A stretch of DNA of 64,000 nucleotides from Candidatus Poribacteria bacterium (GTDB lineage: Bacteria; Poribacteria; WGA-4E; WGA-3G): contig OZ240248.1 in assembly GCA_965198235.1 (NCBI GenBank), forward strand, positions 2,560,001 to 2,624,000, written 5' to 3'. Under the pieces are notes generated by a model. That model worked only from the letters and a program-made list of their open reading frames with translations. It was not told the origin of the DNA and made no database searches. The position numbers and the translations under genes were made by a program. This document shows, piece by piece, positions 1 through 9,809 of this stretch (positions are counted from its first letter, which is position 1; each line of letters starts with the position of its first letter).

Positions 1-819
1 TCCAACGACTGAAGGGACACCATCAAAGTCGGGAACGATAGGCGGAACGCCACACGCCATTGCCTCAAGGACTGTCAAGCCGAAGGTCTCCTCACCTGAC
101 ATTGAAAGGAAACAGTAAACATCAAAAGCGTTGTAGACGAGAGGCAACTTCTCGCGCGGATGGAATCCTGCGTAGACGAGATTATCAGGGAGCTCCCTTG
201 ATTGATACCTTCCGAAGTGCGGTCCTGCGATTAAAAATAGTAGGTGTGGATTTAGCTCAGCCAGTTTTAAGTAAACGGACGCACCTTTCTCAGACTGCAC
301 CCGCGAGAGGTAACCGACCGTCGGGGTTGTCATGATTCGATCGTCTCCAACCTCCTCAGCAAGTTCTTTTTTTGCTGCTTCTCTGTCCATTGGACAGAAC
401 AACGCCGAATCTACGCCGTTGGGTAGGGTGTTGAAGAAGCTCGTGTCCCAGACGTAATCTGCGTAGAATTCACGAACATAATCCGATGGTGCGGTGAAAG
501 CATCAAAATCTCGCATCGCCGCGTAATGCCGCAGCATAGAATTGATCGCTTTGCCACCATGCCCGCGCGGAGCATGGCATTGCACAAGCATCGGCGGCAG
601 TTCCGTATACTGATAAAGCGGTAGAAGCCACGTTTCATGGTCGCGATGTAGCGTGAGAATGCCGAAATAGGTTTCGTTAATACTTCGACTCAGTCTGCCG
701 AAGTCACCCACGCTTATATCAACTTCATGGACGTTATCGGCTAATTTTCGATTTTGGTTGCCAGCAAAGTGGAGGTCTGCATATTTGGTGAGGTGTTGAA
801 ATATGTAAGAGAGTGCCAT
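1..819 (-). CDS. Glycosyltransferase family 4 (GT-B) protein, 3' end runs off the window
   Basis: Not in the ORF track. Manual translation from ATG at 819 gives MALSYIFQHL...LPNGVDSALF...GYLSRVQSEKG...YNAFDVYCFLSMSGEETFGLTVLEAMACGVPPIV, which contains the GT4 E-x7-E motif. Confidence 0.9.
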   Translation of the reverse strand, partial: MALSYIFQHLTKYADLHFAGNQNRKLADNVHEVDISVGDFGRLSRSINETYFGILTLHRDHETWLLPLYQYTELPPMLVQCHAPRGHGGKAINSMLRHYAAMRDFDAFTAPSDYVREFYADYVWDTSFFNTLPNGVDSALFCPMDREAAKKELAEEVGDDRIMTTPTVGYLSRVQSEKGASVYLKLAELNPHLLFLIAGPHFGRYQSRELPDNLVYAGFHPREKLPLVYNAFDVYCFLSMSGEETFGLTVLEAMACGVPPIVPDFDGVPSVVG

Positions 820-852
820 GTTCGTATCCGTTGTAATTAAAACTTCTGAACT

Positions 853-1012
853 ATTAAAGACACAATTTTAGTCTAAAAACGTGCATAATCTGAAAAAAAA
901 TGAAAATTTTTTCTAAAAATTACCAAAAATTGCTTGTAACTGCCGAAAAAAATAAAAAAATCAAATTTTTCTATGATTATGCACGTTTTTCCTCAGAAAT
1001 TGTGTCTTTAAT
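853..1012. promoter_or_regulatory. Inverted pair of 16-6-16 bp sites between divergent transcription units
   Basis: 853-890 ATTAAAGACACAATTT-tagtct-AAAAACGTGCATAATC. The reverse complement of 975-1012 has identical 16-bp arms with a different spacer (ctgagg). Confidence 0.6.
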
Positions 1013-1093
1013 GGCAAGTAAGCGGATAAAGTATTTTTTATGGTGAATTATTGAGATAAGTAGACGTTTCAATAGAAGCGAAAACCCCACCCC

Positions 1094-1118
1094 CGCTGGC
1101 GAGGTTTGTAACCTCGCC
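1094..1118 (+). repeat. REP-like palindrome of the GGCGAGG..CCTCGCC family
   Basis: CGCTGGCGAGGTTTGTAACCTCGCC. Related copies at 19025-19071, 20033-20058, 21678-21703 and a degenerate copy at 26841. Confidence 0.75.
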
Positions 1119-1297
1119 TCTTTAGAGTGTCTAAATAATTGTAAAATTTACCATAGTTAATCCAACCGAAAAGGAGACTATGGCTGCTGGGTTTAGGAAA
1201 TGTTTTTCGCAGATGAGGAAGTTGTAAAGTATAGGTTTTCAAACATGAAAAAAACACGGGATTCCTTACATTTATGAAGTAAAAAGGAGTCGGAACT

Positions 1298-1765
1298 ATG
1301 CGGATCATCATAGACTTTGAAGATGAATTCAATACGCTTGTCACGCGAGGCCAAATTCAGATTATAGGTTTAAGAGACATAGTGAATAGCATTAAAAAAT
1401 ACACAGAACATACCCGATCGGAAGAGTTTAGATCGGCAATCCATCAGATTGAAGAGAAAATCGCCCCAATTTTGGAGATGTTCTTTAGTATTCCGAATCC
1501 CAAATCTTTTGAATTTACGCAATTATATTGTTTCCAACTTCGAGAAAAATTCAGATGGAAAACCGTGGAATGGGAATACGGAACAGAGAATCAAGTCACC
1601 ACGCAATCAAAAGAGATGTGTAACTATGCACAAATACTCGCCGACCTATACGGCACCAAAATCAGACTCTTACACATTGCAGGTAAATCAACCAAGGGTG
1701 GATTTAAAACAGATGAAAAATCTTATAACCTACTCGGTGTTTACGCTCCCATTAACAACTTATGA
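1298..1765 (+). CDS. Hypothetical protein (AT-rich)
   Basis: 155-aa ORF preceded by AAGGAG; no family recognised. Confidence 0.6.
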   Translation: MRIIIDFEDEFNTLVTRGQIQIIGLRDIVNSIKKYTEHTRSEEFRSAIHQIEEKIAPILEMFFSIPNPKSFEFTQLYCFQLREKFRWKTVEWEYGTENQVTTQSKEMCNYAQILADLYGTKIRLLHIAGKSTKGGFKTDEKSYNLLGVYAPINNL

Positions 1766-1852
1766 AAACATAACAGCATGTTGATACGAGTAAGAATTCT
1801 GCTTTTATGAAATCTCAGAGAAATAACTTGCAATAAAGGGAAAGGAATCACT

Positions 1853-1972
1853 GTGGGATGTGTCTATATCTTGAAGAATCCGGCTATGCCTGACTTGATA
1901 AAAATCGGACATACAAAAAGAACGGCTCGTGAGCGTGCAAATGAACTCTACACGACAGGTGTTCCAGAACCA
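1853..1972 (+). pseudogene. N-terminal fragment of a GIY-YIG/T5orf172-type nuclease, truncated by an IS3 remnant
   Basis: MGCVYILKNPAMPDLIKIGHTKRTARERANELYTTGVPEP is the typical T5orf172 N-terminus. The sequence then switches in frame to a transposase. Confidence 0.8.
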
Positions 1973-2401
1973 ATGGTAAGAGGTTGGCAACTGAGTCAAC
2001 ACTTGACACAATCTCTCACATTGAGACCGTTACAACAAGCATTACGTCAAAGCGTTCCAGAGATTCACCATAGTGACCAGGGCGTTCAGTATCTTTCAAC
2101 CGCCTATATCTCCATTCTCACCTGTCATGGGATTGAGATTTCATTAGCGCATAGGGGGCGTCCTTGGGAGAACGGAAACCATGCGGAAAGGCTTATCCGA
2201 ACTCTCAAGGAGGAAGAGGTTCTCCTCAATGAATATGATGATATAATGCAGGCTAAAGCGCGCATCGGGCATTTTATCGGACACGTGTATAACCAGAAAC
2301 GCCCTCACTCGGCGTTAGGGTATTTGACACCTGTTGAATTTGAGAAACAACGCTTGTCTTAACTTTACTGATTTCTGGTCTAAATTAACGGTGGCACTTC
2401 A
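1973..2401 (+). mobile_element. IS3-family remnant (integrase core C-terminus plus right end)
   Basis: IHHSDQGVQY...GRPWENG.AERLIRTLKEE...YNQKRPHSALGYLTP, followed by the terminal ...GGTGGCACTTCA at 2401. Confidence 0.85.
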
Positions 2402-2462
2402 GCTCTAACATTTTGAATAATATCACTGCTAAAGTATTTTCAAGGTGATTAAATCTGAAACA

Positions 2463-3482
2463 TTATTTCCTTTTCACTTCTGCCCATGTTGTGGTTAGCA
2501 AATGTGGCTGCGGTGAAACCGGCAACGCATACGCCGGGTCAAACCAATCCCCACCAGCATTCGCTTGAAAAACACCTCCAATATGTGTCAACTGTGTCCG
2601 AACCCCGCTGCTTATATCCAGTTTGAAAATCTGTAGAGAACCATCAATTTTTTGTGTATAAAGGATTTCTTTGCCATTCGGTGATAACTCAGGACTCGCT
2701 GCCATCGGACCCGCCTCATCGACAAGTTGTTCGAGACCGGTACCATCGCGATTGGCGATATAGATTGTTCGTTTATCAGTCCATCCCTCTGGTAGCTTAT
2801 CGCCCCGCTTGAAGTCTGGCGGCAATGGGTTGTTATTCCAAGTGAAGGTGATTTTGTCCCCCATAGCAGACCAAGAGGGCCTCATTTGGCCCCCCAATTC
2901 TTTTCTCGGTAGGATCCGTTTTTGCGAACCTGTGTGAACGTTGATGAGTGTTATTCGGCCATCTTCAAGAATCGTACAGGCTATTTCCGCACCGTCGGGC
3001 GACCACGCTGGATGCAAACCATTCGCTAAGAAATTCTCTTCTTGTTCTTCTAAGTTCGTAATGTGGATGGCGTATATATCTTTATCCCAGTTGATGTGCA
3101 TGTAAGCGAACTGTTTAGCATCTGGCGACCATGTTGGATAATCCCGATAAGTGCTGCTTCTCTTGAGTTCTTTCTTGAAGAAGCGTCGGATATTGGATCC
3201 GTCAGGAGCCATCAGATATAGGTCTCGCTTACCGTCGCGATCGGAGATGAACAGAATCTGCTCACCGGTCGGAGACCAAACGGCGTGTAGATCGTTTGCG
3301 GGATGTTGTGTGAGTCTCATCTGTTCGCTACCATCAGGGTTCATGATGTATACTTCGCGATTACCATCTCGTGCGGAGGTGAACAGGATTTTAGGGGTTG
3401 TCGGTGCTTTCGCGAAAACCGGAGAGACGTTCGCGCATAGTAGCATCACACTGATTATGTAAAAGAGGCGTATACGTTTCAT
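2463..3482 (-). CDS. Secreted TolB-like PD40 beta-propeller protein
   Basis: Signal peptide MKRIRLFYIISVMLLC, repeated WSPDG/WSPTG motifs, FTSARDGNREVY. Start reassigned to ATG 3482 (GGAGG upstream). Confidence 0.85.
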   Translation of the reverse strand: MKRIRLFYIISVMLLCANVSPVFAKAPTTPKILFTSARDGNREVYIMNPDGSEQMRLTQHPANDLHAVWSPTGEQILFISDRDGKRDLYLMAPDGSNIRRFFKKELKRSSTYRDYPTWSPDAKQFAYMHINWDKDIYAIHITNLEEQEENFLANGLHPAWSPDGAEIACTILEDGRITLINVHTGSQKRILPRKELGGQMRPSWSAMGDKITFTWNNNPLPPDFKRGDKLPEGWTDKRTIYIANRDGTGLEQLVDEAGPMAASPELSPNGKEILYTQKIDGSLQIFKLDISSGVRTQLTHIGGVFQANAGGDWFDPAYALPVSPQPHLLTTTWAEVKRK

Positions 3483-3512
3483 CTGTATTCCTCCGATAGT
3501 TCTCCAAGAGAC

Positions 3513-4565
3513 TGAAGTGCCAACGCTTATTAGGGCCAAAATTCCGTAAAGTTAAGACAAGTTTTTTCGCTCAAACTCAATAGGTTAGGACTTACGCAGT
3601 CTGTATTTTTAGAGTCGGTGATTTCAGTTGTTGACATAAATATTCAGAGAGTAATCCATGCTTGACTTGGTAAAGGGTTTGACGGGTTTCATGTGCTTTA
3701 CGCATCAGGTGAATCCACACCAAAAACGCAGCACTGATGTGATTGCGAACAATACGCGGTAGACGACATTGGCATTTTTCAAGTCCTGTCAACTGTTTGG
3801 TTTCCCGATGAAATTGTTCAATCTTCCAGCGGACGTCGCACACCTGTCGGACGACGGACACATCGGATTGACTCAAGTCGTTGGTCACAACATAATCCGT
3901 GCGTCTTGAAGACGCTACCCGGAAAACTTTCACCTTGTGATTTTTCGGAAACTTGTTGAGTTTGACGCGTTTGCCAGAGGTCTGTTCAGCGGGCGTCCAC
4001 TGGAGAGTGTCAATGCGTTGGTAAGGTTTGCTACCCTGAGAATCATCAACGAGACGATTCGATTTCAATGGACAATAATACGTCTTGTCCAGACTCTCAA
4101 TGTAAAGCAGTAGCGATTTGCTGGCATACCACGAATCCATCAACACTGTCGAAAAAGCAACATCGCGAGAGTCTACCAACACCGAGAGCATCTCTCGAAC
4201 ATGATCCAACTTCGATTTACCGGCGCCTTGTTTATCGTAGATGCGATAATCTATCAACCCATATCGGTCTAACGCAGGATTGACGTAGACACACGTCACA
4301 ATGCCTATACCGTTTATCGTTTTCCCAGCGTTGCCGCTATATTGGTGTTTCGCCAAGGCTATCTCTTTGGCATACCGTTTGTCTAAGACGGTATCATCAA
4401 AGATCAGACACCCATCCGGGGTCTGCTCCAAGTGGGATTTGACATGTTCCCAGACGTGGCGGGGTCTGAGACGGTCATTTCGCCATCGGATGCTCCTTTC
4501 AGTGAGAGTGGTATTATACCATAATCTTGGTTTAGACTGTGGCCCTAATTTCCGATGGCAGTACA
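3513..4565 (-). mobile_element. IS3-family shell (both ends) whose interior is replaced by an IS701 fragment
   Basis: Left end TGTACTGCCATCGGAAATTAGGGCC at 4565 with TATAAT/AAGGAG/ATG. The right end 3513-3585 resembles 2330-2401 (PIEFERKNLS* then ..GGCACTTCA). Confidence 0.75.
3592..4485 (-). pseudogene. IS701-family DDE transposase, N-terminally truncated
   Basis: LIFDDTVLDK, VLMDSWY, RWKIEQFHRETKQLTG. The stop codon lies inside the terminal repeat TGCGTAAGTCCT (3587-3598). Confidence 0.8.
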
Positions 4566-4893
4566 CGTTGCGAGTAGTGTCTATTTCTATACAACGGTAT
4601 CTGCAAGGTTCGTTCATTATCAGTTAGAATCTTCTGTCTCAATTATTGGTTCTTACAAGATCCTTGACGCACAGACTGCCGAACTCGAGCAAGCGGATAA
4701 CTTTACCACAACGCATGAATTCAAAGCGGAGTGGGGACGGTTTACAGAGGACTCAGACGCATTATACAGGAATGACCTTGGCCTCGCATCGCGTGATGAG
4801 GCACATCTCCCTGTTGAAGAGATTATGGTGCTTGAAGCGTCGAACGAACTGGCTCGCGAACTCGCTGGAGCTCTGAAAGCGTACGTGCGATAA
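4566..4893 (+). pseudogene. Probable 3' remnant of a gene cut by the IS insertion
   Basis: Protein-like open frame that starts at the IS boundary with no start codon or RBS of its own. Confidence 0.4.
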
Positions 4894-4955
4894 TCTTAGA
4901 TCCTCCTGCATCCTGCCGGACGTTTCAAAGCAAAACATCTATGGCAGAAAGATCA

Positions 4956-6158
4956 TCATATCCCTGAAAAATCTGCCTGTTCAAAGACGGCATTCGTCCC
5001 TACCTCAATTCTAACCGGCGCAAGATAGGAACGGATGGCTTCCGTATCTACACGGACACCGAGTCCAGGTAATTCCTTTACCTTAACCATTCCATCGGAT
5101 TCAACTTGGAACGGTTCCGCTACTAACCGCCGCGACAATTCCGATCCCGCCGCTGGGTATTCTAATAGATTGAAATCAGGGTTCGTTGCAAAGACGTGAA
5201 GTGCTGCCGCAAGACTCAGGTGGCTCTTAAACGTGTGATTAACGTACTGGATACCGTGCTGTTCCGCGAGTTGGCGTACCTGAAAAGAAGGCATAATCCC
5301 GCCAATGCGTCCCGCGTCAATCTGCACGAACTGGATGCCGCCGTGTACGATAATATCTTCTGCCATCCGGTAGGTATTCGATCCTTCACCTGCTGCAATA
5401 CGAACAGGCGGATTCTGGCGAGTTAGCGCACCGTAAGCATCAATGGCATCGGGAGCGAGCGGTTCCTCCAGCCATGTTGGGGAAAATTGCGAGAATGCCT
5501 CAGCACGCTGGTAAACCGTTTCGTGATCACTCCCCCAGACAACACCGGCATCAATCATAATTTGTGCTTCTGTTCCCATGCCTTCACGCGCTGCACACAC
5601 AAGTGCGATGTCGTTTGCCTCGCCGAATTTTCCCATCGGTCCCCAACCGAACTTCGCCGCACGGTATCCTTGCTCGCGTAGCCTTGTTGCAATGCGATAG
5701 GTCGCCTCGGGAGTATCGCCAAAAAGGACAGACGCATACGGCAGTTTAGGGTAGGCTGTGTCAGATGTTCCTGACATCTCGGAGAGGAGACGGTAGATGG
5801 GTTTATTTAACTTCTGCCCAATGACATCCCACAACGCGATTTCGGCACCACTATAAGCATGCTGTATCTGTTGAATATCCAGTCCGTTCCGGAGTGTCTT
5901 TTCACTCAGTCGAAGTACATCATCGGGACCATCAAGTGTTTCGCCAACGAGTGAAGTGCGAATGTTGATGATATTTCCGTGCGACATCGGACAGCAATAA
6001 ACGGTGAGACTCACTAACGGCGAGGCATCACATTCACCCCATCCTTCAAGTCCTGTATCCGTTTGAATACGGACCAAGAGTGTGTCTTGGGTCCCATCCG
6101 CTGCTGCCGTGATGTTGGGCATCCGTAGATAGAACGGATCAACTGCTGTGATCTTCAT
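4956..6158 (-). CDS. Mandelate racemase/muconate lactonizing enzyme family (enolase superfamily)
   Basis: MKITAV..., GWGE, EIALWDVIG, MIDAG, WLEEP, AAGE, PGLGV motifs. Confidence 0.92.
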   Translation of the reverse strand: MKITAVDPFYLRMPNITAAADGTQDTLLVRIQTDTGLEGWGECDASPLVSLTVYCCPMSHGNIINIRTSLVGETLDGPDDVLRLSEKTLRNGLDIQQIQHAYSGAEIALWDVIGQKLNKPIYRLLSEMSGTSDTAYPKLPYASVLFGDTPEATYRIATRLREQGYRAAKFGWGPMGKFGEANDIALVCAAREGMGTEAQIMIDAGVVWGSDHETVYQRAEAFSQFSPTWLEEPLAPDAIDAYGALTRQNPPVRIAAGEGSNTYRMAEDIIVHGGIQFVQIDAGRIGGIMPSFQVRQLAEQHGIQYVNHTFKSHLSLAAALHVFATNPDFNLLEYPAAGSELSRRLVAEPFQVESDGMVKVKELPGLGVRVDTEAIRSYLAPVRIEVGTNAVFEQADFSGI

Positions 6159-6711
6159 TTGCTTCGGGTGTGTCCTCTTCCGATCGCGCATTATCTTCTC
6201 TGGAAACAATCGGAGAGATTGTAGCGTCTATTTGTTGAACCCGCTGAACTGATAGGGTGCGCGCCACTGAGATAAGAAACCATCCAAACAAACCGGCTCC
6301 CGCGCCGAGGCAAATCGCAAGTGCCGCACCTCTTGGTGTCGCAATCCGATCCACAGTCTCTTGACTGAGTTCGCATGAGAGGTTCTTAATATGTTTGACA
6401 GCCACTGTCCGTTTCTCGCCATCTTGGACATACTCAATAGTTGGTGCTGCGTCACCATCTATTTTAATATCGGTGCTCCCTGAGGGCGTGTTAATCTCCA
6501 TCACGTTTTCCCCTGGGTCGCCTACCCAACGCGCTTTCAAACCCTTTATCCCGTCTGCATCACGGATCGGTTCAACACGTGTCCGATACAGCATGCTCCC
6601 TAAAAGAGTTATGGCGATGTCTTTGGATTTTGCTAAAGCCTTTCCCAACTTTTCTGAAATCACGACTTTCTCCAATCGTTTTGATATCCGTTGCCTACAC
6701 AGGGCATGCAC
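6139..6711 (-). CDS. Hypothetical protein with one C-terminal TM segment
   Basis: 190-aa ORF with hydrophobic stretch ALAICLGAGAGLFGWFLISV, overlapping the downstream start. Start position uncertain. Confidence 0.55.
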   Translation of the reverse strand: MHALCRQRISKRLEKVVISEKLGKALAKSKDIAITLLGSMLYRTRVEPIRDADGIKGLKARWVGDPGENVMEINTPSGSTDIKIDGDAAPTIEYVQDGEKRTVAVKHIKNLSCELSQETVDRIATPRGAALAICLGAGAGLFGWFLISVARTLSVQRVQQIDATISPIVSREDNARSEEDTPEANEDHSS

Positions 6712-6960
6712 AAATATCTATTTGAATTAAATCCTCTAATTTACCGCATAAGCGATGATAAAATTGCTTAGATGAATTATAGCCGAAAATCTCCTAAATG
6801 TCAAGACCTCTCAGTAATTGGGCCAGAGCCATTTAGTTTTCCATTTTACCCAATCATTTTTTTATCTTCATACAGTTTGCGGTAGAAGTCCCTTTTATCG
6901 AGTTCACGTTAGTATATACCTAAATATCAATATGTTATATACATTGAAACATATCGATAG

Positions 6961-7172
6961 TTTCACAGTAAGCTCAAAATGTCTTGACACTCTCGATAGG
7001 CGATAAACCCACACTGTGACTGGGTTTATCAAAGGTTAAGTCAAATCCCTAATTTGGGGATTTCACAGTAAACGCAAAAAAATGAGATGCTCCCCAAGAG
7101 GCTCTCACCCTATACCACAACTGGGTTTGTCAGGGGTTAGAAGGCCCGTTTCTCAACTGCTTACTGTGAAAT
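6961..7172. repeat. MITE-like tandem (100-bp period) with TTTCACAGTAA terminal inverted repeat
   Basis: TTTCACAGTAA at 6961 and 7061, inverted TTACTGTGAAA at 7161-7171. Both units share ACTGGGTTT.TCA..GGTTA. Confidence 0.6.
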
Positions 7173-7412
7173 GTTCATAGGATACCGTTGATTGTGAAAT
7201 CTACTGTAATGTCCCTATACTGCATAAAAAACTGTTGACGAATCGGACATTTTGTGCAAAAATATAAAGAGAGTTGTACCTGAGAACAGATGTCTATTAG
7301 ATACACTATAAACAGAGGTTGGTTCTTTGAAGGCTATCCTTTACAGTGTTCTACGGCACCGAAAGTAAAATCCATCTTGTACATTGAACATCGTGCAAAG
7401 AGGAGTTTTCAC

Positions 7413-8066
7413 ATGCGGACGGATTCACAAATGCCTTATGAACGACAAATTCCGCTTTTTCCCTTACAGACAGTCTTGTTCCCCGGCGGATTTTTACCGC
7501 TACACATCTTTGAACCACGTTACCGAACGCTGGTTAAATTCTGCTTGGAACATCAGTCTGAGTTCGGAGTTGTGCTTATCAAAGAAGGAAAAGAGGTAGA
7601 TGACGTTGCTACACCCTATGAAATTGGTACAGCTGCCCGTATCCTTCAAGTTGAAGATTTAGACGACGGCCGCATGAATATTATCACCGCTGGCGAGTAC
7701 CGCTTTCAGATTCTGGAGGTGCAGGAGCACCTCTCCTATCTTACAGGTCGGGTTCGGATGTTAGATGACTTGGATACAGAAATTGAATCGGTATCGGAGG
7801 GGCTTACGACACAAACTGAAGAATTGTATAAAGCGTACGAGAAGTTATCCAGTCGATTAATTTTCGCTTGGAGTCCGCCTGATGAGCAGCCGGACGATCC
7901 AAGGGAACTTGCCTACCAAGTTGGCATACGGTTACGGATTTCCCTTGAAGAAAAACAAACCTTGTTGGAGACAATTCCCTTAGAACAGCTCCTCACGCGC
8001 GAAGTCGAAATTCTGACCGACCAGAATCGACGGATAGCGTTTCAATTGGCGGCGCAAAACAATTGA
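7413..8066 (+). CDS. Stand-alone LON peptidase substrate-binding domain protein
   Basis: IPLFPLQTVLFPGGFLPLHIFEPRYR; GAGGAG RBS before ATG 7413. Confidence 0.92.
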   Translation: MRTDSQMPYERQIPLFPLQTVLFPGGFLPLHIFEPRYRTLVKFCLEHQSEFGVVLIKEGKEVDDVATPYEIGTAARILQVEDLDDGRMNIITAGEYRFQILEVQEHLSYLTGRVRMLDDLDTEIESVSEGLTTQTEELYKAYEKLSSRLIFAWSPPDEQPDDPRELAYQVGIRLRISLEEKQTLLETIPLEQLLTREVEILTDQNRRIAFQLAAQNN

Positions 8067-8161
8067 GAAGGTCGCAATCGTGTTCGACGAAGTTGGCAGG
8101 CATTCCATATTGAGGTGTTCACTCCTACAGCACAAAATCTTATCTGCAACGCGATAACATA

Positions 8162-8770
8162 ATGGCACTAAAGGCTCCCATCCATCAATTTACTGAAACT
8201 CGGTCGATCCAGATTACACGCCGGGATTTCTTCTATGTCAGCAATATCTTATCGGCTTTCCGACTCCTCACGGTCCCTTTTATCTTCTACTTCATTTACC
8301 GTGCCCAATGGGTCGTCGCGATTGCTTGTGGCACAGTCGCCGTTATCACGGATCTGTTAGATGGATTCTTCGCTCGGCGTTTAAAGCAACATACTGAACT
8401 CGGTTATATCTTAGACCCAGTTGCGGATAAGCTCGCGCTCTCCGCTGGAATCTTTGCTCTCGCTATATTCCATTCCAGGTTTCCTGTATGGGCATTTCTG
8501 GTGATTGTTGCCCGTGATACCTTAATTGTACTTGGCAATGCGGTCTTGGCATATAAGGCGAAGATGATCACCCGTTCTAACCTTTGGGGAAAATGTACAA
8601 GTTTCTTTTTGTCAATTGTTATACTGCTTTATCTGCTCCGTCCAATAATGCCTCGCTTACCGAAGGATATTGAATTTTACGGTCTTTGTCTCGCTTTGGT
8701 ATTTGTATTTGTCTCAACCGTGAGTTATGCTCGCCACATGTTCCGCGTGTTAGAAACACTGAGCCGTTAA
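8162..8770 (+). CDS. CDP-alcohol phosphatidyltransferase (PgsA-like)
   Basis: TDLLDGFFARR...LGYILDPVADK signature. Confidence 0.92.
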   Translation: MALKAPIHQFTETRSIQITRRDFFYVSNILSAFRLLTVPFIFYFIYRAQWVVAIACGTVAVITDLLDGFFARRLKQHTELGYILDPVADKLALSAGIFALAIFHSRFPVWAFLVIVARDTLIVLGNAVLAYKAKMITRSNLWGKCTSFFLSIVILLYLLRPIMPRLPKDIEFYGLCLALVFVFVSTVSYARHMFRVLETLSR

Positions 8771-8859
8771 CAAGTCCCGACCCAGATTGGAAAACTGAAC
8801 AACTGCATCTCAAGACTGTGAAAAGCAGTTTCAGATGCACGTTAAAAGGAAATACCCTG

Positions 8860-9780
8860 ATGGCTTACAAAGAACTCGCAACGAGAAAACCTTTTATTGT
8901 TAACAAAAACTTAGGTAGTGCCGTCGAAGTCGAGCCTGAAGAGCTGACAAGAACCAACGCTGATGGTATACCCGTCATTGTTCCAACCCAGAAGCAAAAA
9001 TACGATTTTGATCGGAATGGCTGGCTCCTGATTCCGAGTATTTTGTCGGACGCTGACATCGCAGAGATGCGTGAATTCTGTCAACGTTTGCACGAGGCAC
9101 CGGAGAGCATCCCGGAACCGGAACGTTCTGCACTCGGTGGTCCACTTCAAAAACTCGCTGACCACCCGGTCGTCGTTGGGTTTCTCAATGAGTTTTTGGC
9201 ATATCCACCCGCTGCAAGTGAGGATTGCTATGGCTTTCGACTCGAGGAAGCAGCAGCGTTCTTCGGGAACACCTCAACACGTCCTGAAGTCCAGTCAGGA
9301 TTTCGCAAAGGAAATGGGTTATTTCGTTTACCGGGGGATTCTCATCTCTATCGGTGCGTGCCAGGACGTGGTTGGAGTGGGCTGACACGTGCTGTATGGG
9401 AACTAACCGAGGTCACTGCCCAAACAAACAGCATTCGGTTTATTACGGGGAGCCACAAAGCCGCATACCCGATACCAGAAGCCTTGCAGAATCCAGATTC
9501 GCCGTTGTGGGAGACGTATGAATGCCCGCCCGGTTCTCTCTTTCTTTTTACAGAATCTATGACGCAGACGCAGGTTCAAGTCGCTGCTACCGAGCGGGGC
9601 TCTATCTTGAATTTGTACAATACAGTGGCGAGTCGCTGGTCGAATTGGCTACCTCATCCGCAGCTCCTCGAAGCGATGCCTCCCAAACGACAGACACTTT
9701 TCCGAGAAGCCTATGCGGGCGGCAACGTCGTGAATGGAGATTTTAACCAGCGGACATCCGCCTATCCCACCGAAGTTTAA
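8860..9780 (+). CDS. PhyH-like (Fe(II)/2OG fold) protein lacking both Fe-binding His
   Basis: FDRNGWLLIP, ITGSHK, CPPGSLFLFTE; clear paralogue of the next gene. Confidence 0.8.
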   Translation: MAYKELATRKPFIVNKNLGSAVEVEPEELTRTNADGIPVIVPTQKQKYDFDRNGWLLIPSILSDADIAEMREFCQRLHEAPESIPEPERSALGGPLQKLADHPVVVGFLNEFLAYPPAASEDCYGFRLEEAAAFFGNTSTRPEVQSGFRKGNGLFRLPGDSHLYRCVPGRGWSGLTRAVWELTEVTAQTNSIRFITGSHKAAYPIPEALQNPDSPLWETYECPPGSLFLFTESMTQTQVQVAATERGSILNLYNTVASRWSNWLPHPQLLEAMPPKRQTLFREAYAGGNVVNGDFNQRTSAYPTEV

Positions 9781-9809
9781 CCACCTACAGTCGTAAGGAG
9801 AGAAATCTG

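Noticed and set aside
60-638. ORFs 60-335 (+) and 411-638 (-)
   Set aside because: Shadow or off-frame ORFs over the GT4 gene on the minus strand.
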